A DNA stretch of 63,879 nucleotides, the filler included, from Octopus bimaculoides (taxonomy: Eukaryota): assembly GCF_001194135.2 (NCBI RefSeq). It is 7 parts of 7 records of this genome, joined end to end, with 100 filler letters (N's around TTAATTAATTAA, not from the genome) between each part and the next. Parts side by side here need not be neighbours in the genome. Positions count along the whole stretch, not along the records: positions 14,569 to 28,823 come from NC_068996.1; positions 28,924 to 32,888 come from NC_069005.1; positions 32,989 to 46,305 come from NC_068985.1; 4 more parts are not named here. One strand, 5' to 3'. Shown here in pieces: positions 26,141-37,771 of this stretch. The position numbers and the translations under genes were made by a program. Position 1 is the stretch's first letter. Each line of letters begins with the position of its first letter. The notes below the pieces were generated by a model, which was not told the DNA's origin, ran no database searches, and saw only the letters and a program-made list of their open reading frames with translations.

Positions 26141-26351
26141 CAGCAAGCTGGCAGAAACGTTAGCTTGCCGGGCGAAATGCTTTGCGGTATTTCGTCTGTC
26201 TTTATATGTTCTGAGTTCAAATTCCGCCGAGGTCGACTTTGCTTTCATCCTTTCGGGGTCGATAAATTAAGTACCAGTTACGCACTGGTGTCAATGTAAT
26301 TGACTTACTCCCTTTGTTTGTCCTTGTTTGTCCCCTCTATGTTTAGCCCCT
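26141..26351 (+). mobile_element. Young, near-complete tRNA-derived SINE
   Basis: gctggcagaaacgttagc...gagttcaaattccgccgaggtcgac...tttagccccttg. Confidence 0.9.
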
Positions 26352-27430
26352 TGCTTCCGGTTTATCGTTGTTCAGTTGGATTGTTGATTTTGTTTGTGAT
26401 ATACGTGTTTTTTTGGGGGGCTGTCTTGGCGGTGCGACGTTTTTCCTCTGGTTTAATGGACTCAACCACACCATTAAAAATCGAAGAAACCCGTATGCCT
26501 TGGGAGACGTGCTTCTAGGGTTAGGGTAGAAGACATACCTCCAGAAGTGAATATAGTCTGGCTGATAGCGGCCATACTGCTAAGTATGGAAGAAAAGGTG
26601 GTGATCCTGCAGGCCACCAGAACACATTACAGAAACTGTTACGGGCAAAGTCTGGACATGGTACAGGTTAACCGAGAAGATATTGAAAGTATGGCGGAAA
26701 CAATCACAGTGCAGACGTGACGCTGAAAGTCATAGTGGAAGGCAGGATTCCGCGGTGCTATAAATAGGCCTGAACAGCCACATTAGAGCGGATTGTACTC
26801 CACTACCAGTGAAGACTAAAGAAAGGCAAGCGAGTGAGAAAGTGGTCGGTGCTCCACTGCCCACGGAGATTGAGGAAAAGCACGAAAAGGAGAGTGAAGC
26901 AGCACCACAGACAAAGACCAGTATCAGCGTCGAGGAAGAGGAGGTAAACACCAGCTGGGAAACGGCGGGAAAAAAGAGAACGAAGAGGAGAAAGAAGACA
27001 CACGTGGTAAAGGACGACCCCCAACCCACACCCACTCAACCCTATATACTCCCTACAGATACCAACCCTCTCCATACCTCGCCTGACATAAACAGAATCA
27101 CAAACACACAAGAGCCCCAAATTTCCCCACCCCGCCCCATGGATACATTTGCTATATTATATAACAGGAATAAAGAAGAACTTTGCAACGAGATAAAGAC
27201 AAGGGAAGAAGCAATAGAAGTGGATATAACAAGGGTAAGAGGGTTGCCCGAGGTCGTTTGCTGTGCAGTGGCGGACCCGAAATACCTCTCAAGATTGATA
27301 AATTACGAAGAAGAAACTGATTTCGATTGGTGGGTTACGAAAATGGACACCAGCAAAATACCTAAAAGGGTCAGTTATGCTTATATTTTAAAGGAAACTA
27401 GCTGCCACAAAAGCATTATCAATAGTAATT
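26352..27430 (+). mobile_element. L1/Tx1-like ORF1 (gag-like, CCHC knuckle) element without ORF2
   Basis: ATG near 26456; RVRVEDIPPEV..., LKVIVEGRIPRCY(K)-GLNSHIRADC (damaged CX2CX4HX4C), charged low-complexity tail; aataaa near 27432. Confidence 0.7.
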
Positions 27431-27606
27431 TAAATAAATGTTTTTTTAAAGAAAGGGTTGTATTAACAGGTTCAATGAATTCGCTCAGAGATGGGGTCGA
27501 ACGGCTTCATTCCATTTTTTCATTAAATTCAATTCATCTTTTCCATTCATTTTGTTTTTATTTACATTATTTACATTTGACAGATGTCCTCATCTTGTTT
27601 GTTGTT

Positions 27607-27651
27607 AACACAACGTTTCGGCTGATATACCCTCCAGCCGAATCAGGTGTT
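27607..27651 (-). ncRNA. Minimal hammerhead scaffold with mutated core
   Basis: AACAC-CUGAUUC-GGCUG[GAGGGUAUAU]CAGCC-GAAAC-GUU-GUGUU; stems I and II pair, but the core lacks G8/A9. Confidence 0.6.
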
Positions 27652-27738
27652 TTGGGGAAATTTAGAACCTGGGTTCTCTTTCCTAAGGTATTTTTCGATG
27701 TTGCTGTTGTTGTTGTTGTTATTATTATTATTATTATT

Positions 27739-27812
27739 CAGGTCACTGGCTGGAATCGAACTCGGAATCTTGGGCTTAGTAGCTCGCGCTCTTAACCACT
27801 ACACCATATGCC
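27739..27812 (-). promoter_or_regulatory. tRNA-derived Pol III A/B-box segment inside the PLE 3' UTR
   Basis: TGGTGTAGTGG (A box), GAGTTCGATTCC (B box), loop CTACTAA; the acceptor stem does not pair. Confidence 0.7.
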
Positions 27813-28661
27813 GTGGGCAATTATGGAGTGAATTTTATGGCTTATAAATCTAACATTTTCCTATCCTTCCTTAATACTGGTTCCCATATGCTATTCATAT
27901 CTGCACTCGGTCTGCTCAGGAGGTTGTTGTGTCCTAGCATATGTGCTGCTTCTTTTAGAGTTCATATTTTCCAGTGGTGTTCTCTGTCGATATATATATC
28001 AGTGTCCATACTGAAGTAGGTAGTTTCGCCACAGAAGGTCAACATTTCCATCAACTTTCTTATTGGTGTACTAGTGCGTTCTTTAAGATGGGTGTCTGTC
28101 ACTAGTTTTTCTTGAATCACCTATAGTGCTTCATCAGTTGGGACTTTGGTGCACAGACATATCACATCTAGACTCACCATCTGGTTGGATTCAATGGGGA
28201 TATCCTTGATCAATTCTGTGAAGTGGATTGAATTCTTCATGTACGATGTTGACTTTCCTGCTAATGGACTGATTATATCCACAAGGAAGCGGCTCAGTGG
28301 ATAACATGCTGAACCTCTACAACTCACTATAGGTCTTAATGGAATACCATCCTTATGAATTTTAGGGAGACCGTACATGTGTGGTAGTTTACTGTAGTGT
28401 TGGGTCAGTTGTCTGTACTTCATTGGTATAAACTGATCCTTGTTCTTGATCAAGATCTCTGACAACTTCCTCTCTGTTTTCAAAGTTGAGTCTTTCTTTA
28501 CGTTGCTGTAGCTGCCATCACTTATAAGACTTGCCAGTTTTTTCGAGTAGTCAGACTTGTTCATCAACACTGTAACATTTCCCTTGTTTTGTTTTTGTTT
28601 TTTGCACCCACCTTGTGCTAGCCCCTCTATGTACGGCCTTCATGGCCAATTCCATGAAATA

Positions 28662-28800
28662 AAGAAGCTTGCTTCCCAACCGCATGGCTCCGGGTTCAGT
28701 CCCACTGCGTGGCACCTTCGTCAAGTGTTTTCTACTACAGCCTCGGACCGACCAAAGCCTTGTGAACAAATTTGGTAGACGGAAGTTGAAAGAAGCCCGA
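28662..28800 (+). mobile_element. SINE 5' half lacking its first about 25 nt
   Basis: gggttcagtcccactgcgtggcacc...gaaagaagcccg. Confidence 0.9.
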
Positions 28801-28923
28801 CCTGTATATATATATATATATATNNNNNNNNNNNNNNNNNNNNNNNNNNNNNNNNNNNNNNNNNNNNTTAATTAATTAANNNNNNNNNNNNNNNNNNNNN
28901 NNNNNNNNNNNNNNNNNNNNNNN

Positions 28924-28959
<36 letters not shown>

Positions 28960-29813
28960 AAGTAATAACGAGTGAATGAGAATAACGATGAAGGGTTAAA
29001 AAAGCGTAAAAATAATTGAAGATAAAATGAAACAAAATTGAAGCCAAAACATTAAAAATTATTGAAAGAAGGTAGAAATAAACACTACGTAGTGTAGTAG
29101 TACTACGCTGGGGTGTCTGTAGAAAGTTGAATGTGATTTCGGAATATAACGAGGAAAAATTCGGATCTAAGGAATTTTCCGAAAGTCCTCTCCCCACCTC
29201 AAGATTTTCCCCACAAATTACTTTATAATCGAAATGTATGCTGTTTGAAAGGTATTTATATAAAAATTCATTGATAAAAACCCCATTTTCCTAAAAGTTA
29301 CAAGGGAAAAACTCGGATCTTGTGAATTTTCCGAGGTTCTCTCCCCACCCAGTTTCCGGGTCAAGTTATAAACATTAACTCTTTTTCTGCTAATGCTTTT
29401 CAGAAAGACGCGCACTTAATTGCATTCTATTTGTAAACCTTTCCCCAATCATAGGGTATTTATGCTCAGTCCGTTTTGTTAGGACGTTGCGTTGTGATGC
29501 AAGAGGTAGGGTGCTGTTGAGTTACAAACACAATCTGGTTTAGATTTTTTCTTAAAAGCCCGCACGGTAGTTATTCTAGGAGAGGTATGAATGTCGTAAT
29601 ATTTCATTTCCAACTCTCACTAAAATGCTGAGCTATTTTGCCTCAAATCAAAAGAGAAACTAACATTTCTTGACCAACGAAGAGGCAAGCCGAACTTGGA
29701 ATTGTCAGCGAGAGTAATTGCATAAGGCCAGGGGAGATAACTCCAAATTGCTTAGTTTGCAACGATCTCAGTTATGTGAAAATCCTTTCTTACATACGAG
29801 GCATTTTTAATAG

Positions 29814-30027
29814 GGAGGCGAGCTACAGAATCGTTACTGTATCGGACGAAAAAAAATTAACGGCATTTCTTCCAGCTCTTTACATTCTGAGTTCAAATAC
29901 CGCCGCGGTCAACTTTGTCTTTCATCCTTTCGGGGGCAATAAAATAAAGTACCTGTCAAGTACTGCAGTCGATGTAATCGGCCACCCTTTCCTCTAAAAT
30001 TGCTGGCCTTGTGCCAAAATTTGAAAC
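29814..30027 (+). mobile_element. tRNA-derived SINE
   Basis: gagttcaaataccgccgcggtcaac...ggccttgtgcc. Confidence 0.85.
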
Positions 30028-30711
30028 AATTCTTAGGGATTTAATGATTTCTTTAAAATAGAAAATAGAAGAAATCATGGCGGAGGTTGGGTGTTAGTAA
30101 TCTGCCTAGCTTCGATTGTTAGTTACAGGGTGAGCGGTAAGGTCAAATGGTAACAGTGGACCTTAAGAATTGAAACGTAGACAATTAAAATCCTTGTTTT
30201 ATAATTACTTCAAAATTTACAAAAACACAGAAAATTAATAGAGCGACATAATACTTTCGTTTTTTAATACCTTCATTTCTTTTCCAAATAAAATACATGC
30301 TGTTAATAAAAAAAAAAATTTAATGCAAGTACTGTAGCTTGTGTTATTATTGAAGATGCCTGTATGTGATGGATTCATTTCTTTTCTTCCTCTCTCTGCC
30401 GCCTGGAATTTCGAGAAGTCGCTCAAAGTGCCGTGCATTGATGGAAAGCATTCTGAGCAACATTCCTACTTTAAAAACAAGTTATTTTTACAACAACAGT
30501 CAAAATAGACATAATTCGCGACACAGCTCCATGTACAGTACACTTTTGAAAATCTAATGAGAAACCGGTCTAGTGTATTCCTGTATTTTAAAATATAATT
30601 AAATTCTAAATAATTCTAATATATTCTCTGCGCATTTTCAACTTCATTTCTTCTATTCCTCTACCTGTTTGGATTAATAACGATTTTTACACACACACAC
30701 ACACACAGAGT

Positions 30712-30846
30712 ATATTCTTTTCTACTCTAGGCACAAGGCCTGAAATTTTGGGGGAGGGGGGCCAGTCGATTAGATTGACTCAGGACGCAACTGCTACTAA
30801 ATTTATCAACCCTGAAAGGATGAAAGGCAAAGTCGACCTCGGCGGA
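30712..30846 (-). mobile_element. SINE 3' half
   Basis: ggcacaaggcctgaaatt...ggcaaagtcgacctcggcggaa. Confidence 0.85.
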
Positions 30847-31059
30847 ACACACACAGTACATTAAATTAATAAAGTGATATGAGACGATGGTTGTTGTCGC
30901 TGGGCCTCACTCAACGTAAAGTAAATACCATCATGAACAATATCCAAGCTAAAATGGAGAGTGCAAACCACCGTATTTGGTTAAAAAGAAATGACTAGAC
31001 GAATACTCAATGAAGCATAGTAGCTGGCTAACCAAAGCAAATGGGGCCTCATCCCAGTG

Positions 31060-31550
31060 AGAGGACCGGTGTGCAAAATGTACCTTCGAGAGGAAGTATC
31101 CGAATCTGCGCATTCTCTCTCCATAAGCCTGCTAGTGTCCGGTATGCGAAGCTTTCAATTGCTAGCACTTGTATTTACAAGTTATATATCATTCAGAAAA
31201 AATTATAAAAACACCATGCAGATGATGATCACGGCGTATATAATAAACAATTTCAAGCATATTACAAAAAGAAAAAAAAAATAGCCTGGATCATTCAATA
31301 ACGTAATGTTCTAGCAGAGTTCGATGATGGAGAAAGACGGACTGGAATGACATCTAAATAGTCATCGTCATTAGACTTTCTGCACGAGATAAGATTTTTT
31401 TGCGAACGACTTGCAGATGCAAGTGTTACCAATTGAAAGCTCCGCGTACCGGATGCTAGTAAACTTACGGGGTCATCAAGAGAGAATGCACACCGTTTCG
31501 GGGCCTTCCTCCCGGTAACATTATTGCGCACCGGCCCCCATCAATGAGAT
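31060..31550. repeat. Diverged inverted pair (about 120 bp)
   Basis: 31060-31176 is roughly the reverse complement of 31413-31545 (gcattctctct, tccggta, agctttcaattg, cacttg). Confidence 0.75.
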
Positions 31551-31829
31551 GACGCCACGCTTGCTAGATCAACTTGTTATTAGGTTTCGCTCAATTTTCT
31601 TCTAGTCATTGCTCATCGTCTCTTTTTAACCGAATCTAGTGACTTGCTTAATCCACTTTATAGAGACGAAAGCTTTTCAAAAATATATATCCAGGAACGT
31701 GGAATTCAGTTAAAGGAATATTTGGATACATTCGTAGCCAGGCAATACCAGGTGAGCCGTTTTCATTCACCAAATGTCTTTGACAAAAAAAAAAAATCCT
31801 TAGCGAAAGATAAAGAAAAATAAATTGTA

Positions 31830-32049
31830 TTTTGATATCAACCTGCCGGAGACCGGCCCTGTTCAATGATACCAACTTCATTTAAAAGTGATCTAAATTA
31901 AAACCTCTCATAAAAATTTCGTGTTATTTTATATTCCAAAAATCCAGCACAATAATGACATTGTTATTTCATTAATTTCTTCATTATTTTCAGAATTAAT
32001 TTAAATAAAAGCGATGTATTACAACATATATTCGGTAACGAAATGGTTA
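31830..32049. mobile_element. MITE 3' fragment with an end like that of 10494-10644
   Basis: Ends in ggtaacgaaatggtta. Confidence 0.45.
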
Positions 32050-32399
32050 CATAAATATCGCCGTTATTTGAGAGCGTTTCTTGTATAATTTCAGTGTTAA
32101 GTCATAAAAATTGTTGTCTTAATGTTTCAAACTTTTTAGAAATTATGAAAAACATGAGGACAAGAGAAAAAAAAAATGATACTGGAACTTTGGTAAACAT
32201 ATCTATGTAATGGGAAGTCGACAACAAGGAATATTTTTTGCAATCGATAGGCGCAAGAGTAGCTGTGTGGTAAGTAGCTAAAAAAGAAAAGGAGTTTATT
32301 GTTTTCAAACCAAGTTTTGAAAGCTAATAAATTTGAAGAAAAGTCTTCCTCTTGCTTTGAACTACACCACGTGGAACTACGCAAAGGATTTAATTCTTA

Positions 32400-32888
32400 C
32401 AAGCAAAGTGACGACTGCAGCGGAGCCGGGATCAAATCAGGCCGGAGTACCGTTGTGGCCTGAAAATTTGTTATTCTGCCTGGAACTTTATATTTTATTT
32501 ATTCTTCCTGGACTGTGGTATTTCCTTTCTCCTTCTTTTATGAACTGTTTTTAGTACGAACTGTTAATTTTAATTCTTCCGCTTTTTTTAACTGTTTTCT
32601 CTTTTTGCCTGTGTTTTTAAATTTTTAGTTGTTTAATCCTATGTGGACATTTTTCGCATGGCAGAGAATATAAAGAAAACTAAAGCCACTGCTGTGGAGT
32701 GGGAGATTATCCCACCCAAGAAGTGGTTAAATGATTTCAAGGAAAAGAACGGTGGTGTTGCGGACCTACTCTAGGTTACTCGATACCATTACGGTCTTTC
32801 CCAAAATTGAAATTGAAAAAGAGTTAGCAGAATATCTGCCAACTATTAAGTTTATGGCAAGGGGTGTAAAGTACGCGACGGTTTGGTT
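32400..32888 (+). mobile_element. L1/Tx1-like 5' UTR and ORF1 start, cut by a gap
   Basis: Pyrimidine-rich UTR, then MAENIKKTKATAVEWEII...RTVVLRTYSRL. The clade assignment is inferred. Confidence 0.45.
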
Positions 32889-32988
32889 NNNNNNNNNNNN
32901 NNNNNNNNNNNNNNNNNNNNNNNNNNNNNNNNTTAATTAATTAANNNNNNNNNNNNNNNNNNNNNNNNNNNNNNNNNNNNNNNNNNNN

Positions 32989-33019
<31 letters not shown>

Positions 33020-33054
33020 TTATATATGTGTGTGTGTAATATATACATATATAT

Positions 33055-33275
33055 AGGCAAATCAAAAATAAAAACAAGATAAAAACAAAACTAAAGAGGA
33101 CGGAAACGGTATTAGATTGACGCTCAAAGAAAGTTTAACATGGGGAAAAAAAGGAAAAAAAAGAGGGCGTGTGAGGTTTCGAGCATAGGACTTTCGTCAA
33201 AAAGAGGAAAGAGGGAAAAGTCGCGAGAGAAGGAACAAAGTCCAAGAAAAGCACATGCGTTGTTAAATGGCTATT
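33055..33275 (-). mobile_element. PLE-type terminus with degenerate hammerhead (33176-33200)
   Basis: Minus strand UUGACGA-AAGUC[CUAU]GCUC-GAAAC; related to 8069-8260. Confidence 0.55.
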
Positions 33276-33364
33276 TATACATATATATAGAAGTTCTATG
33301 TTTTTTTATACAACCATAGAAGCATTTATGAATACATCTACCTATACCTAGATACACACATACA

Positions 33365-33660
33365 TACCAAATCTGTAAAACTTTCCAGGAGTTTGTCATT
33401 TATGTATACATGAGCATGTCTACATATTCAAGTATACGCATGAGAAGACATACATAAAATAAAACATACAAATCTGCAGGTATACATACATACATACATA
33501 CATACATACATACATACATACATACATACCCTGTTGTTGTTGCTGAAATTCCAGTGAAGGAGCCTTGGATCTAGGTTAGAAACCGGCTCTTTCGCTATTG
33601 GCAAGAAAACTTGAAATAAAACTGAATAATGACATGCATATATACATACATACATACATA
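33365..33660 (+). mobile_element. 5'-truncated 3' end of an REL retrotransposon in (CATA)n
   Basis: Matches 34677-34920. Confidence 0.85.
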
Positions 33661-33684
33661 CATACAAGCATACATACATGCATA

Positions 33685-34920
33685 CATACATACACACAAT
33701 GCGAAGAGGTTTAACATCGATGCAAAATGCCTTTGAATGTCGTATCATATCACTTCGACGCCTACATGAGACTGATAACATCATAAGACTTAGAAAGTAG
33801 CTCCTTGAGCAACATTCCTTGTCTGATAACCTAGAATACATGCCCAGAGAAGTTGCACGACGCTAACGCAACGTATCATCATATGAAAGGATGAGCCTAT
33901 ATGAGCAGAAGACGATGCATAGATATGTTAGTAGAAAGCTCTGAGATGGTAGTAACATTATTCATCAAAGCAGTCTATCATGGACCAATAGCTGGATTAC
34001 TACCTCCCACTTTGCAGAGTATTCGTTTGCAATCCAGGAACAAAAAAATATCAACCAAGTAGCTGATGCACAAAAGGGATAGAGATGCAGGAAAAGCCGT
34101 AAAAGGTGACAGTTGATGCAGACTTTTGGGATTTAACTCCGAAGATATCACCCACATCATAAGCAATTGTTCGAAAATGCCATCACGGTATTACCTATCG
34201 ATGAGACATGATGTTGTACCTAGGACACTCTATAATGAAACCCGTCTGAAGGATAACTCCGAGGACAAAGAAATAGGAAACTACAGTATGGTAGAAGCCG
34301 TAACCACTCATAATAAAAAGGAGTACTGGTGGAATGTCCAAGTGAAGAGCTCAATAAAATGTAAGCACATTAAACCTGATATAATGATTTGGGATAAAGA
34401 AGAGAAACTGTGCTCAGTTGTAGAAATTAGCTGCCCAGCAGATGCTAACATCAAGCTGAAAATCAGTGAAAAAGAGAACACCTATGCTGAACTATTGTGA
34501 AATCTACAATTACTCTATCCAGATTACAAGTTCAGATCTATACCTGTAATTATTGGGGTCCTGGGATATATAACACACTGGTTAAATACCAATCGTGAGA
34601 AATCAAACTTCTCAAAACCAGAAAGGAGAAAGCTAATTCGAAGGCTACAGATCCAATCCATCACTGGAACTGTAAAAATTTGTAAAACTTTCCAGATTAT
34701 CATTTAAATATATATGAGCATGTCTAGATATGTAACTCTATGCATGAGAATACATACATAAAACATAAATCTGCACATACATACATACATACATACATAC
34801 ATACCCTGTTGTTGATGTTGACATTCTAATGAAGGAACCTTGGATCTAGGTTAGAAACCGGTTCTTTCTCTATTGGCAAGAACTCTTGAAATAAACTGAA
34901 TAATGACATACATACATGCA
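33685..34920 (+). mobile_element. REL (R4/NeSL-type) non-LTR retrotransposon, 3' 1.2 kb
   Basis: AIQEQ, CCHC remnant EDITHIISNC, MRHDVV, KPDIMIWD...VVEISCP, PVIIGVLG. Confidence 0.9.
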
Positions 34921-35204
34921 TATATACATGCATGTATATTTTATCTAGAATCACGATGCCACCTAAAACAAGTAGCAAATAGTGTGGTACAGCCAACCAA
35001 GTTATAATCGTTTATGTATATGTATATATTAGGTCAATGGTAAAAAAACTTGAAAACCACTACTGGCAGCCATATAACCGTGTAAAGCTGTATATGATTT
35101 GGCCATTGATAAATAAACCGGTTCGACTAAAAACTTTTGAAGACAGGATCTCCTTATGATTATAGTTAGACGACTGAAGCAAGTAATAATAAAAGACGTT
35201 CTTT

Positions 35205-35384
35205 TATTCTTTTAATTGTTTCAGTCATTTGACTGCGGTCATGCTGGAAAGGTTTCTAGTCGGAGAAATGTATCCCAGGATTTATTTTTTAAGCCTAGTA
35301 CTTATTCTATCGGCCGCTATTGCCCAACCGCTAAGTTGCGGTGGATAGGGAGACAAACACAGACACAAAGACACACACATACAG

Positions 35385-35457
<73 letters not shown>

Positions 35458-35520
35458 TACGACAGGCTTCTTTCAGTTTCCGTCCATTAAATCAATTCAC
35501 AAGATTTTTTGTAGTTTCTG
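35205..35520 (-). mobile_element. SINE with expanded internal (GATA)n
   Basis: tttcagtcatttgactgcggtcatgctgg...acgacaggcttctttcagtttcc. Confidence 0.85.
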
Positions 35521-37149
35521 GCTATGTTACCTCTTTTGACTTCTTGCTAGTTTAACGGATTCAAAGGTTCAGAGAGTGACATTGGTATCATACAAACATT
35601 TGTCATTATAAAGCCTGATTTTTACGTGCACAGCCCCTCGCCCATTTTCTGAATCGCAAGTCACGACCCGTGTTCTTGGAACCACAAACACAAGTCGGAC
35701 CTTTCGTTGCGGCCGTCAGGATCATAAGCGCGTTTGCGTCAATGAAAGTTCTTCGTTCATACGGACACATACAGACGCGTATGCGGAAGCGGTTGTGATG
35801 CTCCGGTCGTCTATGTGACTACGTTCTTTGTTGAACTCCAATTGGTGTCAACGAGGTATTAACTTAGTCTGCCGTTTGCCTTCAACATCATGTGAATCCA
35901 AAGTGGGGAGGTAGTACATTTGTAATTTTAGAACAGTAGGTAGTCTTACTCCATAACGAGAGAGCAGCCAACATACACACACACACACATATATAAGCAT
36001 ATATACACACATGCATATACATATATGTATATATATATATATATATATATNNNNNNNNNNNNNNNNNNNNNNNNNNNNNNNNNNNNNNNNNNNNNNNNNN
36101 NNNNNNNNNNNNNNNNNNNNNNNNNNNNNNNNNNNNNNNNNNNNNNNNNNNNNNNNNNNNNNNNNNNNNNNNNNNNNNNNNNNNNNNNNNNNNNNNNATA
36201 TACATGTATATATACATATATATATATATACATATATATATACACATATATATATACATTTATATATATATTAATGTGCGTATGTATTAAAGTATGTATT
36301 AGTATACGTGTATGTGTACATATGGATATAAGAATATGTACACCTACACATATACCCACATGTGTGTATATATATATATATGTGTGTGTGAGTGTGTGTG
36401 TATACATGTATTTATATATATATATATATACATATTAATATATATTTGCATATACATACATATATGTACGTATTTGTATATATATATATGTGCGTGTGTA
36501 TACATATATATGCATATATATATGTATATTTGTATATGTATGTATATACACATGCACATACACGTACGTCATTGATACAAGCTTGTTTATTTCTACAATG
36601 TCTTAATTAGGTTCAACAATGGCTTAATGTCCATCATGGGGTCATTTTAACCAATTTTAGAAACAAGCTGATAAGAAGAGTAAATTTACCAATTCCTTTA
36701 CATTTCAAGTATGTATCATGTGACAGACTTGACTCTGTTCTGAACTTTAACTACCAATTACACCCTCTTTTTTTTCTCGCTTTTCGTTTCCAAGAATGGG
36801 CGCCGTGATGACTGATGAGTTTTCATAAGGAAGGACGGATATTAGCATTATCTACCCAGTGTTATTGCAATAATAAATATGCATGTATATATACACACGT
36901 ATACATATGTTTAGGTTTACTCATACATACATACATATATACATACATACATACATACATACATACATACATACGTACGTACGTACGTACATACATATAT
37001 CGAAGCGACAAGTCGCGTATTTGACATGGTAATCTATTTATCGAAAATACGATGAATATTAACTCCAACTTTGGAGCTACAACTATCGGCCTTGTTAAAT
37101 AAATAGTTAATCTTCAGATGAATTGACTGAGGGACCCTTTTATTCATGA

Positions 37150-37727
37150 TTGTGGTGATTTTCGACTGAAACTTGAATTTAGCATGCAGAGAGTTACTAC
37201 AAGCAACTTGACTGGACGCCACAACAGCAGCAACACAACCGAGGAACAGAACAAAAACAACAGCTCAAGAGGACAACAAATTCTTTCTAGCTGTAGTTAT
37301 AGAAGAAACCGTAATTACAAAACTCATTTCTCTTGGAGTTATGAATTGAATATTGATCTATTTAATGCAACAAAAAGCGAAACAAAACTCCGCTGTTGGC
37401 TATATGAATTAATTGAAATGATATTGGGACGATCTGCATCCAGAATAAAATCATTTTACTAGGCCAACAAACAACATTTGTAGAACATAGGAAGAAGGTT
37501 AATAACTGTAACTTTATTTGAAAATCGAATATTAACCTTTTCTCGCAACTCTTTAAACAAAAACGAAAATGTGAATGATGTAAGACTACTGCGTTGTTTC
37601 GCAGCTAGCAACATTCCAAAAGATTCCACAGTGCCTGCTAGCCAAACTATATTACTGGCTCAAGTAACTGACCACCGTCCCCCTACTACAACCATGGTAA
37701 ATAGCAGGTACAACCGCAACGATTATT

Positions 37728-37771
<44 letters not shown>

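Larger units (their letters stand above)
27430..28650 (-). mobile_element. Internally deleted Penelope-like element with 3' terminus
   Basis: HMYGLPKIHKDGIPLRPIVS, SLDV...TKVP; after TTYFSMDTDIYRQ the sequence jumps to ORF-end-like sequence and the UTR. Confidence 0.9.

Noticed and set aside
26809-27795. 328-aa ORF as a host gene
   Set aside because: It is the tail of a retroelement ORF1 reading through into antisense PLE UTR and microsatellite.
27739-27812. Functional tRNA gene (and other tRNA-like heads)
   Set aside because: The acceptor and anticodon stems do not pair, and all lie within repeats.
33551-33590. Hammerhead in the CATA-associated element UTR (also 34826-34865)
   Set aside because: The cores read CCAGUGA and CUAAUGA and stem I does not pair, although GAAAC-CG-G is suggestive.
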